Source: an uncultured Actinomycetota bacterium (GTDB lineage Bacteria > Actinomycetota > Actinomycetes > Actinomycetales > Dermatophilaceae). Taken from it: a stretch of DNA of 64,000 nt. The translations under genes were made by a program, and so were the position numbers. Each line of letters opens with the position of its first letter. Position 1 is the first letter of the stretch. The notes beneath the pieces were generated by a model, which was not told where the DNA came from, searched no databases, and worked only from the letters and a program-made list of their open reading frames with translations. The stretch is from the NCBI GenBank assembly GCA_963770005.1, contig CAVYNX010000014.1:7108-71107 (forward strand), in the 5' to 3' direction. Positions 19,707 through 30,539 of this stretch are shown piece by piece.

Positions 19707-19733
19707 GGAACCTCTTCTCGCCCGGAGCACGTT
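19707..19733 (+). promoter_or_regulatory. ECF sigma (SigH/SigE/SigR-type) promoter
   Basis: GGAAC-N18-CGTT upstream of ATG 19771. Confidence 0.55.
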
Positions 19734-19770
19734 GGTGGGGGCGACGACAGTGCCAACCAGGGAGGCAGCC

Positions 19771-20247
19771 ATGAGCTTTTTCGACGACGTGAGCCGCAAG
19801 GTCAAGCAGAAGGCCGAGGAGTGGGACGTCCAGGGCAAGGCGGAGAAGCTCGCCGCCGAGGTCGACAAGGTCGCCCACGACGCCAAGGACAAGGCGGCCG
19901 AGCTGGCGGACGACAACCGCGGCAAGATCCGCGAGAACCTCGACAAGGCCGGCGCCAAGATCGACGAGCGCACCGAGGGCAAGTACGCCGACAAGGTCGC
20001 CAAGGCCAAGGAGACGGTGGCCGGCGGCGTCGACAAGCTCGCCGAGCAGCGCCCCGGCGGGCCGGTTCCGCCCGGAGCGACGGGCACGACCGGGTATGCG
20101 GCCGGTGCCCCGACCGAGGCCACGCCGGCATACTCCGCCGACAGCTACGCGCAGCCGTACCGGCCGGAGCCCATCGACCTGCCCGAGCCGATCGACGAGC
20201 CGGGCGCGGGCACCGGCTGGCCGCAGGACCAGCCGCCGCGACCGTAG
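19771..20247 (+). CDS. MT0933/Rv0909-like putative antitoxin with Pro-rich tail
   Basis: GGAGG RBS; KIRENLDKAGAKIDERTEGKYADKVAKA motif. Confidence 0.7.
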   Translation: MSFFDDVSRKVKQKAEEWDVQGKAEKLAAEVDKVAHDAKDKAAELADDNRGKIRENLDKAGAKIDERTEGKYADKVAKAKETVAGGVDKLAEQRPGGPVPPGATGTTGYAAGAPTEATPAYSADSYAQPYRPEPIDLPEPIDEPGAGTGWPQDQPPRP

Positions 20248-20313
20248 CGGGGAGGGCCCCGAGGTCAGGCCCCGTTCGAAGCGCGGTCCAGCATGTAAGA
20301 CGCGGTCGGTAGC

Positions 20314-21477
20314 ATGCAGACCATGCCCGCCGTCCGACTCATGCCGACCGAGGACGCCCAGGACCTCATCGACCTCACCCGCGAGATCTGCGCCAAGGAC
20401 CTCGCGCCGCAGGTGGACGCGATGGAGCGGGCGGGCGAGTTCCCGCTGGACACGTTCCGGCTGCTCGGCAAGACCGGGCTGCTCTCGCTGCCGTACCCCG
20501 AGGAGTACGGCGGCGGCGGTCAGCCCTACGAGGTCTACCTCCAGGTCGTCGAGGAGCTCGCGTCGGTCTGGATGAGCGTCGCCGTGGGCGTCAGCGTGCA
20601 CGCCCTGACCTGCTACCCGGTCGCGTCGTGGGGCTCGGTCGCCCAGCGCGAGGCCCTGCTGCCGGGGATGCTCGGCGGCGACCAGCTCGGCGCCTACTGC
20701 CTCAGCGAGCCGATGTCCGGCTCCGACGTCGGGTCGATGACCACGCGGGCCACCCTCGAGCCGAGCGGTGACGCATACCGGATCAAGGGGACCAAGGCGT
20801 GGATCTCCCACGCCGGTCACGCCGACTTCTACACGTCGTTCGTGCGCACCTCCGACGACGGCAGTCGCGGGCTGTCCTGCATCGTCGTCCCGGCCGACGC
20901 GGCGGGCATCGAGCTCGGGGCGCCGGAGCGCAAGATGGGCCTGGCCTGCGACACGGTGCGCCAGGTGGACTTCGTCGGGACGCCGGTGGACGTCGACCGC
21001 CGGGTCGGGGAGGAGGGTCAGGGCATGGCCATCGCGCTGGCCGCCCTCGACTCCGGCCGGCTCGGAATCGCCGCTGCCGCAACGGGACTCGCGCAGGCCG
21101 CGCTCGACGCGGCGACGCGCTACGCCAAGGAGCGGGAGCAGTTCGGGCGGCCGATCGCCGACTTCCAGGGGATCGCGTTCATGCTCGCCGACATGGAGGC
21201 CGCGGTGACCAGCGCGCGCGCGACCTACCTCCACGCGGCGCGACTGCGCGATGCCGGGCGGGCGTTCTCGACGCAGGCGGCCGTGGCCAAGCTGGTCTGC
21301 ACCGACAACGCCATGCGGGTCACGACCGACGCCATCCAGGTGCTCGGCGGCGCCGGCTACACCCAGGACTTCCCGGTCGAGCGGTACTTCCGCGAGGCCA
21401 AGGTCACCCAGATCTTCGAGGGGACCAACCAGATCCAGCGGCTCGTCATCTCGCGCCAGCTGCTGAAGAACACCTGA
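20314..21477 (+). CDS. Acyl-CoA dehydrogenase
   Basis: AYCLSEPMSGSD, GTKAWISH, REQFGRPI, QVLGGAGY, IFEGTNQIQR. Confidence 0.95.
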   Translation: MQTMPAVRLMPTEDAQDLIDLTREICAKDLAPQVDAMERAGEFPLDTFRLLGKTGLLSLPYPEEYGGGGQPYEVYLQVVEELASVWMSVAVGVSVHALTCYPVASWGSVAQREALLPGMLGGDQLGAYCLSEPMSGSDVGSMTTRATLEPSGDAYRIKGTKAWISHAGHADFYTSFVRTSDDGSRGLSCIVVPADAAGIELGAPERKMGLACDTVRQVDFVGTPVDVDRRVGEEGQGMAIALAALDSGRLGIAAAATGLAQAALDAATRYAKEREQFGRPIADFQGIAFMLADMEAAVTSARATYLHAARLRDAGRAFSTQAAVAKLVCTDNAMRVTTDAIQVLGGAGYTQDFPVERYFREAKVTQIFEGTNQIQRLVISRQLLKNT

Positions 21478-21486
21478 GGAGAACCC

Positions 21487-22252
21487 TTGCGGATCACCGA
21501 CACCACCGTCGCGCTCGTCACCGGCGGGGCGTCCGGCCTCGGCGGCGCGACCACCCGGCGGCTCGCGGCCGACGGCGCGCAGGTCGTCATCGTCGACCTC
21601 GAGTCGTCACCCGGCGCCGCGCTCGCCGACGAGCTCGGTGACCGGGTGCGGTTCGTGCCGACCGACGTCCGCGACGAGGGCTCGGTCCAGGCCGCCGTCG
21701 ACGCCGCGCGGTCGATGGGCGAGCTGCGGATCACGGTGAACTGCGCCGGCATCGGCACGGCCGGCCGCGTCGTCGGCCGCAACGGCCCGCTGCCGCTGGC
21801 CGACTTCCAGCGCACCATCGACATCAACCTCGTCGGCACCTTCAACGTCATGCGCCTCGCCGCGGTCGCGATGCTCGACAACGAGCCGGTCGACGACGAC
21901 CGCGGCGTGATCGTCATGACCGCCAGCATCGCGGCGTACGACGGGCAGATCGGCCAGGCGGCGTATGCGGCCAGCAAGGGCGGCATCGTCGCGCTGACGC
22001 TGTCGCGCGGCGCGCGACCTGGCCGACAAGCTCGTACGCGTGGTCACCGTCGCTCCGGGCACCTTCGCGACGCCGATGCTCGCCGGCCTGCCGGACGAGG
22101 CCACGGCCGCGCTGGAGGCGGGGATCCCCCACCCGTCGCGGCTCGGCCGCCCGGAGGAGTACGCGGCGCTGGTGCGCCACATCGTCGACAACGGGATGCT
22201 CAACGGCGAGGTCATCCGGCTCGACGGCGCCCTGCGGATGCCGCCCCGCTGA
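21487..22252 (+). CDS. SDR family 3-hydroxyacyl-CoA dehydrogenase, frameshift near 22005
   Basis: [23 protein letters not shown]; second frame [29 protein letters not shown]. Confidence 0.9.
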
Positions 22253-22270
22253 CCCGGCATACCCACTCCT

Positions 22271-22342
22271 CGACCGAACTCAGATGTTTGCCGCGATTCC
22301 TGCGTCGTCACGCCGAAAGCCGTGAACATCTGAGTCCGGTCG
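22271..22342. repeat. Long imperfect hairpin overlapping the 3' end of the AbiEi-like gene
   Basis: CGACCGAACTCAGATGTT ... AACATCTGAGTCCGGTCG (17/18 complementary), with further imperfect inner pairing. Confidence 0.75.
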
Positions 22343-23298
22343 GGTCGGTGAGCCGGAAGCTGCCGGTGAACCGGTGGCGCGAGCCGACCGCCCGGCGCTG
22401 GTGGACGGTGCGGCACACGGCCTCCGGCCGGCCGAGGAGATCGCCCAGTCCGAAGCGGACCCGTTCGAGACCGAGATTGCCCATGCGGTCGTAGCGGTCC
22501 TTCTCCGCCAACCAGGACGAGGGGAGCCCGACGGTATCGAGCGTGCCGTACTTGGTCTTCCCGTCGAGCTCGAGCACCGTGGCGTCGTCGAGCCAGCCGC
22601 CGTCGACCCGACCGAGGACGGCTCCGGTGGAGTCCTCGACCCAGACCTGGGGCTCCGGAAGGTCGATGCCCCACTCGTCGAACCGGACGTAGGCGTAGGA
22701 CTCCAACCAGGACTCTCGCCGACCGTCGACGAGGAGCAGCGACCGCAGGGCGCGTGGGCGCCCTTGCCAGCGCCGTTGTCGGCCGAGCTCGTCCTCGATC
22801 TCCTGCGCCGTGACCCGGCCACCGTGGAGGGCGGCGTCGGCGATGGGGACCGACACCCGTGCGCCCCAACACCGCAGGCAGTCCGCGACCGTCCGGGCGA
22901 CCGTCGTCACGACCACGCCGTCGACCACGCTAACCTCCGCCAACGCCGAGTCGGAGTGGTGGACCGTCACCCCCGGGGCCTGTCGACTCCGCTGAGTGGC
23001 GTCGACGGCGGTGAGGTGCACCGGACCGGTCGGGCCGAGTGGCAGGGGCAGGCCGTGGATCGCCGCGGCGGTCAGGTGGCTCGCGACGAAGCCGGCCGTG
23101 GTGGCTGAGCGCGGCGCGGGCGCACAGGTGTGCCGGGCCGCTCGCTGCTCGGTAGCAGCGGTTCGGTGCGCGAACGCATACACGCCACATCGGAGCCGCG
23201 GACCTCGCCACGGCGGACGATCTCGGACAGTCGCTGGTCGCTGACGCCCAGGCCCGGGCCTGGGTCGGTGAAGACGTCGGGCAGGTCGGGCAGCGCAT
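22308..23298 (-). CDS. AbiEi-type (type IV TA antitoxin-like) protein with C-terminal very-short-patch/DUF559-like domain, N-terminal frameshifts
   Basis: ASHLTAAAIHGLP, VTTVARTVADC, DGRRESWLES, PEPQVWV, GRVDGGW, ELDGKTKY, EKDRYDRM. Confidence 0.75.
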
Positions 23299-23390
23299 GT
23301 CCGCCACGGTCGGAGCATCGTGGATCCGTGGCCAGTGGACTCCCCGACCGGTGGACGATGGGACGAAGCGAGCGGGGCCTGTGGACAGGG

Positions 23391-24923
23391 TCAGGCGCCG
23401 GGCAGCATCGCCCGCAGGGTCTGGATGGTGTCGGCGTCGTCGGGGCGCTTGTCCTCGCGGTACTGCTTGACGCGGGCGAACCGGAGCGCGATCCCGCCGG
23501 GGTAGCGGCTGGACCGCTGGACGCCGTCGATGGCGATCTCGACGACGGTGACCGGTTCGACGAAGACGACGTGCTTGGTCGAGCGGGTCTCGATCGTCGG
23601 GAAGTGCTCGGTCTGCCAGCGCAGCAGCGCGTCGGTGAGGCCCTTGAACGTCTTGCCGACCATGACGAACTCCCCCGGCTCGCCGAACTCGCCCGTCGGG
23701 TCGTAGGCGCCGAGGTGCAGGTTCGACAGCCACCCGGTCCGGCGGCCGCGACCCCCACTCGACGCCGAGCACGACGAGGTCGTAGGTGTGCACCGGCTTG
23801 ACCTTGACCCAGCTCTTGCCGCGGCGACCGGCCGCATACAGCGAGTCGACGCCCTTGACGACGATGCCCTCGTGGCCGGCCGCGAGCGCGTCGCGGGAGA
23901 CCCGGTCGGCGACGTCCGGGTCGGCGGTGACCTCGCCGGGGATCCGGTATGCGCCGGCGACCTTCTCGAGGATCGGCAGCCGCTCGCTGAGCGGCCGGTC
24001 GATGAGGTCCTCGCCGTCGACGTGGAGGACGTCGAAGAACCACGGCTTGAGCACGGTGGTCCGCTGCGCCTCGGCGCCGAACCGGGACATGGTGTCCTGG
24101 AACGGTCGCGGGCCGCCGTCCTCGTCGAGCGACAGCGTCTCGCCGTCGAGGATGAGCCGGTCGGCCGGGAAGGTCCGGACGACCTCGACGACCTCGGGCA
24201 CCCGGTGGGTGATCTCGGCGAGGCTGCGCGTGTAGACGTGGACGTCGTCGCCGTCGCGGTGGACCTGGATGCGAGCGCCGTCGAGCTTGTACTCGACGGA
24301 GGCCTCGCCGGTGATGGCGAGCGCCGCCGCGGGGTCGGCGGCGGTGGAGGCGAGCATCGGCAGGACCGGGGTCCCGACGGCCAGGCCGATCTGCTCCAGG
24401 GCGTCGGCGCCACCGGTGAGGGCGAGCCGGGCGGTCTCGCCGAGGTCGCCGCTGAGCATGACCGCCCGGCGGAGCGTGGCGACCGGGACCTCGGAGGCCT
24501 TGGCGACGGCGTCGACGAGCACGCCTTCGAGGGCGCCGGTGCGCATCTCGCCGATGAGGACGCGGGTCACGAACGGACTGCTCGTCGGCGGTGGCGCGCT
24601 CGGCCGAGGGTGCTGCAGGGTGCCCTGGCGCAGCGCCGCGGAACCGGTGCCGGTGGCCGCGAGCAGGTCGTCGAGGAGGCGGTCGAGGTCGGCGACGGTG
24701 AGGCTCGGCGTCTCGGCCGGTTCGCCCATGAGGCGCGGCGACGGTGCGGTACCCGACGCCGACGCGGCCCTGCCGGGCGCGGCCGATGAGGAAGCCGACC
24801 GTCGGCGCGACCTCCTCGGGCGGCAGCCGGCGCAGCAGCTCGGCGAGCGCCTCGACCTTGGCCAGCCGTGACGGACGTGGCCGTCACCGTGGCCGCGGTC
24901 GCGACGACCTCGCTCAGCAGCAT
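23391..24923 (-). CDS. ligB: ATP-dependent DNA ligase (LigB type), frameshifts
   Basis: [12 protein letters not shown] (KxDGxR), [39 protein letters not shown]. Confidence 0.9.
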
Positions 24924-24976
24924 GCCGGCATCCTCGCACCGCCCGCCGACGCACGCCTGCCGCCCCCGCCGCGCGC

Positions 24977-25024
24977 GGTCAACTTCGGTCGCTCTGCACG
25001 CCTTCAGAGCGACCGAAGTTGGCC
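24977..25024. repeat. Palindrome / possible terminator
   Basis: GGTCAACTTCGGTCGCTCTG-N8-CAGAGCGACCGAAGTTGGCC (19/20 complementary), between the WYL gene and ligB. Confidence 0.75.
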
Positions 25025-25073
25025 TCTCGGCGGGAGGGGGGCGCGGGGGCCGGGGCGTGAGCGGGAGGGCAGG

Positions 25074-26050
25074 TCAGGCCGAGGCGGAGGCCGCCGCGAA
25101 CCGGCCGGCCCACTCGGCCATCTCGGCGCGAACCGGCTTCGGGCGCCTCACCAGCTCGAACGGCGCCTCGACGATCGCCAGCCCGAACACGATCCAGCGG
25201 GCGTCCCGGGCCGACATCTCCAGCCGGCAGACGTCCTCCGACACCGCCGTCACCTGACCCCACCGCCCGATCCGCCGCGCCACCACGTCGGACCGCGCCG
25301 ACACGAGGGCCACGACGTTCAGCTCCTGCTCGCCGCGCGACATACCGTCCCGGACGAACGCGGCCGGGTCTCCGCCGGGGATGTCGCGCGGCCGGAACCG
25401 CGCCCGCGTCCCGAGCGGGTCGCGCAGCCGGTCCAGCCGGAACGACCGCCAGTCCTGGCGGTCCAGGTCGTAGGCCACGAGGTACCAGCGCCGCCCGACC
25501 GTCACCAGCCGGTGCGGCTCCACGTGCCGCCCCAGGTCCGAACCCGCCGCCGCGCCACCCGCCGCGCGGTAGGTGAACCGCAGCCGCTCGGCGTCCCGCG
25601 CCGTCTGCGCCACCGTCGCCAGCACGTCCGCCCGCACCGCCGGCGCCGACGAGAACGGCGAGTCCACCGTCACCGCCCGCAGCGCCTCGGCCCGCCGCCG
25701 GAGCCGCGGCGGCAGCACCTGGACCACCTTCGACAGCGCCGACACCGACGCCTCCGACAACGCCCCCGAGCTCATCTGGGCCGCGCCGTTCAGCGCGACG
25801 GCCATGGCGATCGCCTCGTCCTCGTCCAGCGTGAGCGGCGGCATCGTCGCGCCCGGACGCCCAGCTGGTACCCGCCGTCCGACCCCCGCACCGCGTCCAC
25901 CGGGTACCCCAGCTCGCGCAGCCGGTCGATGTCGCGCCGCAGCGTCCGGTCCGACACCTCGAGCCGGTCGGCCAGCTCCGGCCCCGGCCAGAACCGGTGC
26001 GTCTGGAGCAGCGAGAGCAGCCGAAGGGTCCGCGAGCTGGTGTTCGCCAT
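25074..26050 (-). CDS. HTH-WYL (YafY-like) transcriptional regulator, frameshift near 25860
   Basis: MANTSSRTLRLLSLLQ, TLRRDIDRLRELGYPV, VEPHRLV, RWYLVAYD, WRSFRLDR. Confidence 0.9.
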
Positions 26051-26152
26051 GCCTCCAGAATGCCTCACCATCAGGTCAAAAAGTGGCCGCAATGCTCCGT
26101 AGCGTGGTGAGTGGAAAGCAAGGACCACCCACGACGGACCAAGGAGCACCGC

Positions 26153-27644
26153 ATGACCGCTCTCACCGACACCCCGCCCCGCGAACCGCCCCCTCACCGC
26201 CCTGCCCACGGGCCGCGCGCGCACCATCGCGCTGTTCAGCCTGTTCCTCGCCTCGACGATGGAGCTGCTCGACACGACGATCGTCAACGTCGCCCTCCCG
26301 AGCATCGAGACCGGACTCGGCGCGACCGGCGCCCAGCTGCAGTGGATGGTCGCCGCATACCCGCTGGCCTTCGCCGTCGCCCTCATCACCGGCTCCCGCC
26401 TCGGCGACCTGTGGGGCCGCAAGCGGCTCTTCGTCGTCGGTCTGGTCGCGTTCACGCGTGATGTCCGCGGCCTGCGGCCTGGCCCCGAACGCCGAGGCGC
26501 TCATCCTGTTCCGCGCCCTGCAGGGGCTGGCCGCCGCGGCGATGATCCCGCAGGTGCTCACCAGCATCCAGGTCATGTATGCGCCGCACGAGCGGGCCGC
26601 GGCGATGGGCCTGTTCACCGGGCTGGCCGGCGTGACCGCCGTCGTCGGGCCGGTGCTCGGCGCGGTCCTCACCAGCGCCGACATCGCCGGAACCGGCTGG
26701 CGCTCGATCTTCCTCGTCAACGTGCCGGTCGGCGTCCTGGCCATCGTCGCCGCGGTCAAGTGGGTGCCGAACTCGATCTCCGAACGCCGTCCCGGCATCG
26801 ACGTGCGCGGCGTCCTCGTCCTCGCCGCCGGCCTGCTCGCCGTCCTCTACCCGCTGACCATGGGCCGCGAGCTCGGCTGGCCGGTCTGGGGCTACGCGCT
26901 CATCGCCGCCGGCGTCGTCACCCTCGTCGCGTTCGTCCGGCACCAGCAGCGCGCCGAGCGCGAGGGCCGCGAGCCGCTGGTCGCCCTCAGCCTCTACCGG
27001 CTTCCCTCGTTCGGCGCCGGCTCGGCGGTGCACGGCCTGCTGTTCGTCGCGATGGGCGCCACGTTCCTCTGCCAGACCGTCTACCTCCAGGCCGGGCTCG
27101 GCTGGACCGTCCTGCACGCCGGGCTCGCCGGACTGCCGTTCGCCGTCGCGACGGCGGGCTTCGCCGGCATCGGCATGGCGGTCCTCGTCCCGCGGATCGG
27201 TACCCGCGTCCTCCAGATCGGCGCCGTCGTCTGGGCGATCGGCGCGGTGCTCCTCCTCGTCACCGTCCACGGCGCGACCGCCGACACGTCGACGTGGGCG
27301 TTCGTGCCCGGGTTCGTCGTGTCGGGTGCCGGGTTCGGGCTGATGGTCGCGCCGATCGGGATGTTCACCATCGCCGACGTCCCGGTGGCGGACGCGGGTT
27401 CGGCGTCGGGGCTGCTCAGCACGATCGGCCAGCTCGGCAGCGCCGTGGGAGTCGCGGTCGTCGGCACCGTCTTCTTCTCGGTCGTCGAGAGCAACGCCGG
27501 AGCGGTGGCCGAGCGAGATGTTCAAGTCCGGCGTTCGAGATCGCGCTCGTCGTCCTCGTCGCCTCATGGTCGTCGTCGGCGGTCGTCGCGCGGGCCCTGC
27601 CGAACCACGAGCCGGCGGCCCACGCCGCCCCCTCCGCCGAGTGA
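26153..27644 (+). CDS. MFS efflux transporter (DHA2, 14-TM), frameshifts
   Basis: MELLDTTIVNVALPSI, RLGDLWGRKR, RALQG, WRSIFLVNVPVG. Confidence 0.85.
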
Positions 27645-27674
27645 CCGCATACCCCGCGTGACACCATCGCGCGT

Positions 27675-28549
27675 ATGCGCGTGACCGGGCTCCGCCTCTA
27701 CCCCGTCAAGTCCCTCGGCGGCGTGGAGGTGGAGTCCGCGGTCGTGGAGCCGTCCGGGTTCACCGGTGACCGGCGGTGGGCGCTCGTCGACGACGCCGGC
27801 GACCAGGTGACCGCCCGCGAGGTGCACCAGCTGCTGCGGATCACGCGCCGAGCCGGTCGACGAGGACACCATCCGGCTCACCGACCGGGCCGACGGCGCG
27901 TCGATCCTCGTCGACACCCCGCTGGGGCTCGGGCCGGTCCCCGTCGGCCTGTCCCGGCAGCCGTTCCTCGCCCCCGCCGACGAGGACGTCAACGACTGGG
28001 TCAGCGACCGCGTCGGCCCGCGGCTCCGGCTGATGTGGCAGGAGGACCCGACGTCGCGGCCGATCTCCGGCGCGCACGGCGGGCTGCCCGGCGAGGTCAT
28101 GAACCTCGCCGACGCCGGCCCGGTACTGCTCGTCAGCGAGGCGTCGATGGCGCAGCTGAACGCCTGGATCCGCGAGGAGTCCGACACCCCCGACGTCGCG
28201 GACATCGACGCCGCCGACATCAGCGACGCGGCCGCCGCGCCGGTCACCGAGCCCCTCGACATCCTCCGGTTCCGCGGCAACGTCGTCGTCGACGGCGAGA
28301 CGCCGTTCGCCGAGGACGCATGGCCCGGCGTACGGATCGGTGACGTCGAGTTCCGGACGACGGAGGTCTGCGACCGGTGCGTCATGACGACGCTCAACCC
28401 GGTCACGCTGGAGGGCGGCAAGGAGCCGATCCGTACCCTGGCGCGGCACCGCCGGTGGGACCGCAAGACCTGGTTCGGGACCCGGTTGGTCCGCACCGGC
28501 GGCGGCGACCGGCTGCAGCGTGGGCGACGCCGTGGAGCCCCTCGGCTGA
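27675..28549 (+). CDS. MOSC domain protein, frameshifts
   Basis: LYPVKSLGG, GDRRWAL, LADAGPVLL, RFRGNVVVDG, CDRCVMTT, GKEPIRTL. Confidence 0.85.
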
Positions 28550-28575
28550 CCGTCCCGGTCGCCTACCCTGGGGCG

Positions 28576-29767
28576 ATGGGCACGGCTCGGCTGTACGCGT
28601 GGTCGCGCCGCCGCCCGGTCCTCCTCGACGCGCTCCTGGCCGGGTCCTGTTCCTCACCCTCGGCCTGCTCAGCGGGGTCGTCGCCGGCTGGCCCGGCCTG
28701 ACGTTCGGGACGCTGCTGACCCTGCCGCTCGCGGTGCGCCGCCGCCGGCCCGAGGCGGTCTTCGCGTGGACCGTCCTCGTCTCGCTGCTCCAGCTCGCCG
28801 TGCTGAGCCAGCCGCTGCCCGCCGACGCCGTACCGCCGTTCGTGCTCTACACGGTGGCGGCCCACGTCGCTCACCGCTGGGTCCGCTGGGCCGCCGTGGG
28901 CGCCGGGGCGCTGGCCTGCGTGCTGGGCCCGTGGCGCTGGACCGCGGCCGCGGCGGTGTCGGCGGCGCCGTCGGCCTCGGCGTCGGGCTCGCGGCGTTCC
29001 TCGCCGTCCTGTGGCTGCTCGGCGACCTGGTCCGCGCCCGCGAGGGCACCATGGCCCAGCTGCGCGACGCCAACGCGGCGCTGGCCCGGGACCGCGAGCA
29101 GCGGGACCAGCTCGTCGCCCAGCGCGAGCGGCTCGCGGTGGCCCGTGACGTGCACGACGTCGTCGCCCACTCGCTGTCGGTGGTGGTGGTGCAGGCCGAC
29201 GGCGCCTCCTACGCCGCCGAGCACGCCGAACGCTGGTCCCGCGAGGAGGCGGTCGCCGCCCTCACCGCCATCGGCCGGACCGCCCGCGGCGCACTGGCCG
29301 AGACCCGTCGCGTGGTCGGCGTCCTGCGCGAGGACGACCCCGCCCGCGGCGCGGGGACGGCGCCCGGCCTGGCGGACATCGACCGCCTCGTGGCCGCGGT
29401 CCGTGCCGCCGGCGTGCCGGTGAGCGCGACGCTCCCGGCCGCCGCCCCGGACGACGTCACCGCGGAGGTGCAGCTGGCCGCATACCGCGTCGTGCAGGAG
29501 GGGCTCACCAACGTGCTCAAGCACGCCGGCGCCGACGCCCGCGGCGAGGTGCTCGTCGAGCGGGTCCCCGACGGCCTCCGGGTCACCGTCGCCGACGACG
29601 GCCTGGGCGGCGCGGCGCTCTCGGACGGACCGGGCAGCGGCCTCGCCGGTATGCGCGAGCGCGTCGCCGCGGCCGGCGGTCACCTCGTCGCGGGGCCTCG
29701 CGCCCGCGGCGGGTATGCCGTCACCGCCACCCTGCCGTTCGCGCCGGTCGGCGGGGTGTCGGCATGA
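28576..29767 (+). CDS. Sensor histidine kinase (HisKA_3), frameshifts
   Basis: ERLAVARDVHDVVAHSLS, YRVVQEGLTNVLKHA, DDG, GSGLAGMRER. Confidence 0.9.
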
Positions 29768-30463
29768 GCGCCCGGTGCGGGTGTTCCTCGTCGACGACCA
29801 GCAGCTGGTGCGGGCCGGGTTCGCGATGATCCTCGACGCCACGCCCGACATGGCGGTGGCCGGCCAGGCCGCCGACGGCCAGGAGGCGGTCGACGTGCTC
29901 CTCGGACCGGACGCTCCCGACGTCGACGTCGTGCTGATGGACCTGCGGATGCCCCGGCTCGACGGGGTGGCGGCCACCCGGAGGCTGACGGCGACGCCGG
30001 GCGGCCCGGCGGTGGTCGTGCTGACGACGTTCGACGCCGACGACGACGTCCTCGCCGCGCTGCGGGCCGGGGCGTCGGGGTTCCTGCTCAAGGACGCCGG
30101 ACCGACCGACCTCCTCGCCGCGATCCGCGCGGCCGCCCGCGGCGACGCGGTGGTGGCGCCGGCGGTCACGAGACGGCTCATCGACGCCTACGTCCTCGCG
30201 CCGAGGAACGAGCCCCCGCCGGCGGCAGCCCACCCGACGCCCGGCCGGACGACCGGCTGGCGCGACTCACCGAGCGCGAGCGCGAGGTCCTGGTCGCCGT
30301 GGGTCAGGGGCTGAGCAACCAGGAGATCGCCGGGCGGCTGCACCTGGCCGAGGCCACGGTCAAGACCCACCTCGGGGCGATCCTGCGCAAGCTGGACCTC
30401 CGGGACCGCGTCCAGGCCGTGGTCCTGGCCCACGAGTCCGGCCTGGTCCCGCCCCGACCCTGA
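29764..30463 (+). CDS. NarL/LuxR-family response regulator, frameshifts
   Basis: [32 protein letters not shown]; then [20 protein letters not shown] in another frame. Confidence 0.9.
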
Positions 30464-30466
30464 CCG

Positions 30467-30539
30467 CTTCCAGACTCGCGTTGTTGTCGATCTCGGCGCG
30501 CGGGAGCGCGCGAGATCGACAACAACGCGTGTCTGGAAG
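30467..30539. terminator. Long palindrome between convergent genes (bidirectional terminator or REP-like)
   Basis: 29-bp arms, 28/29 complementary (CTTCCAGACTCGCGTTGTTGTCGATCTCG). Confidence 0.7.
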
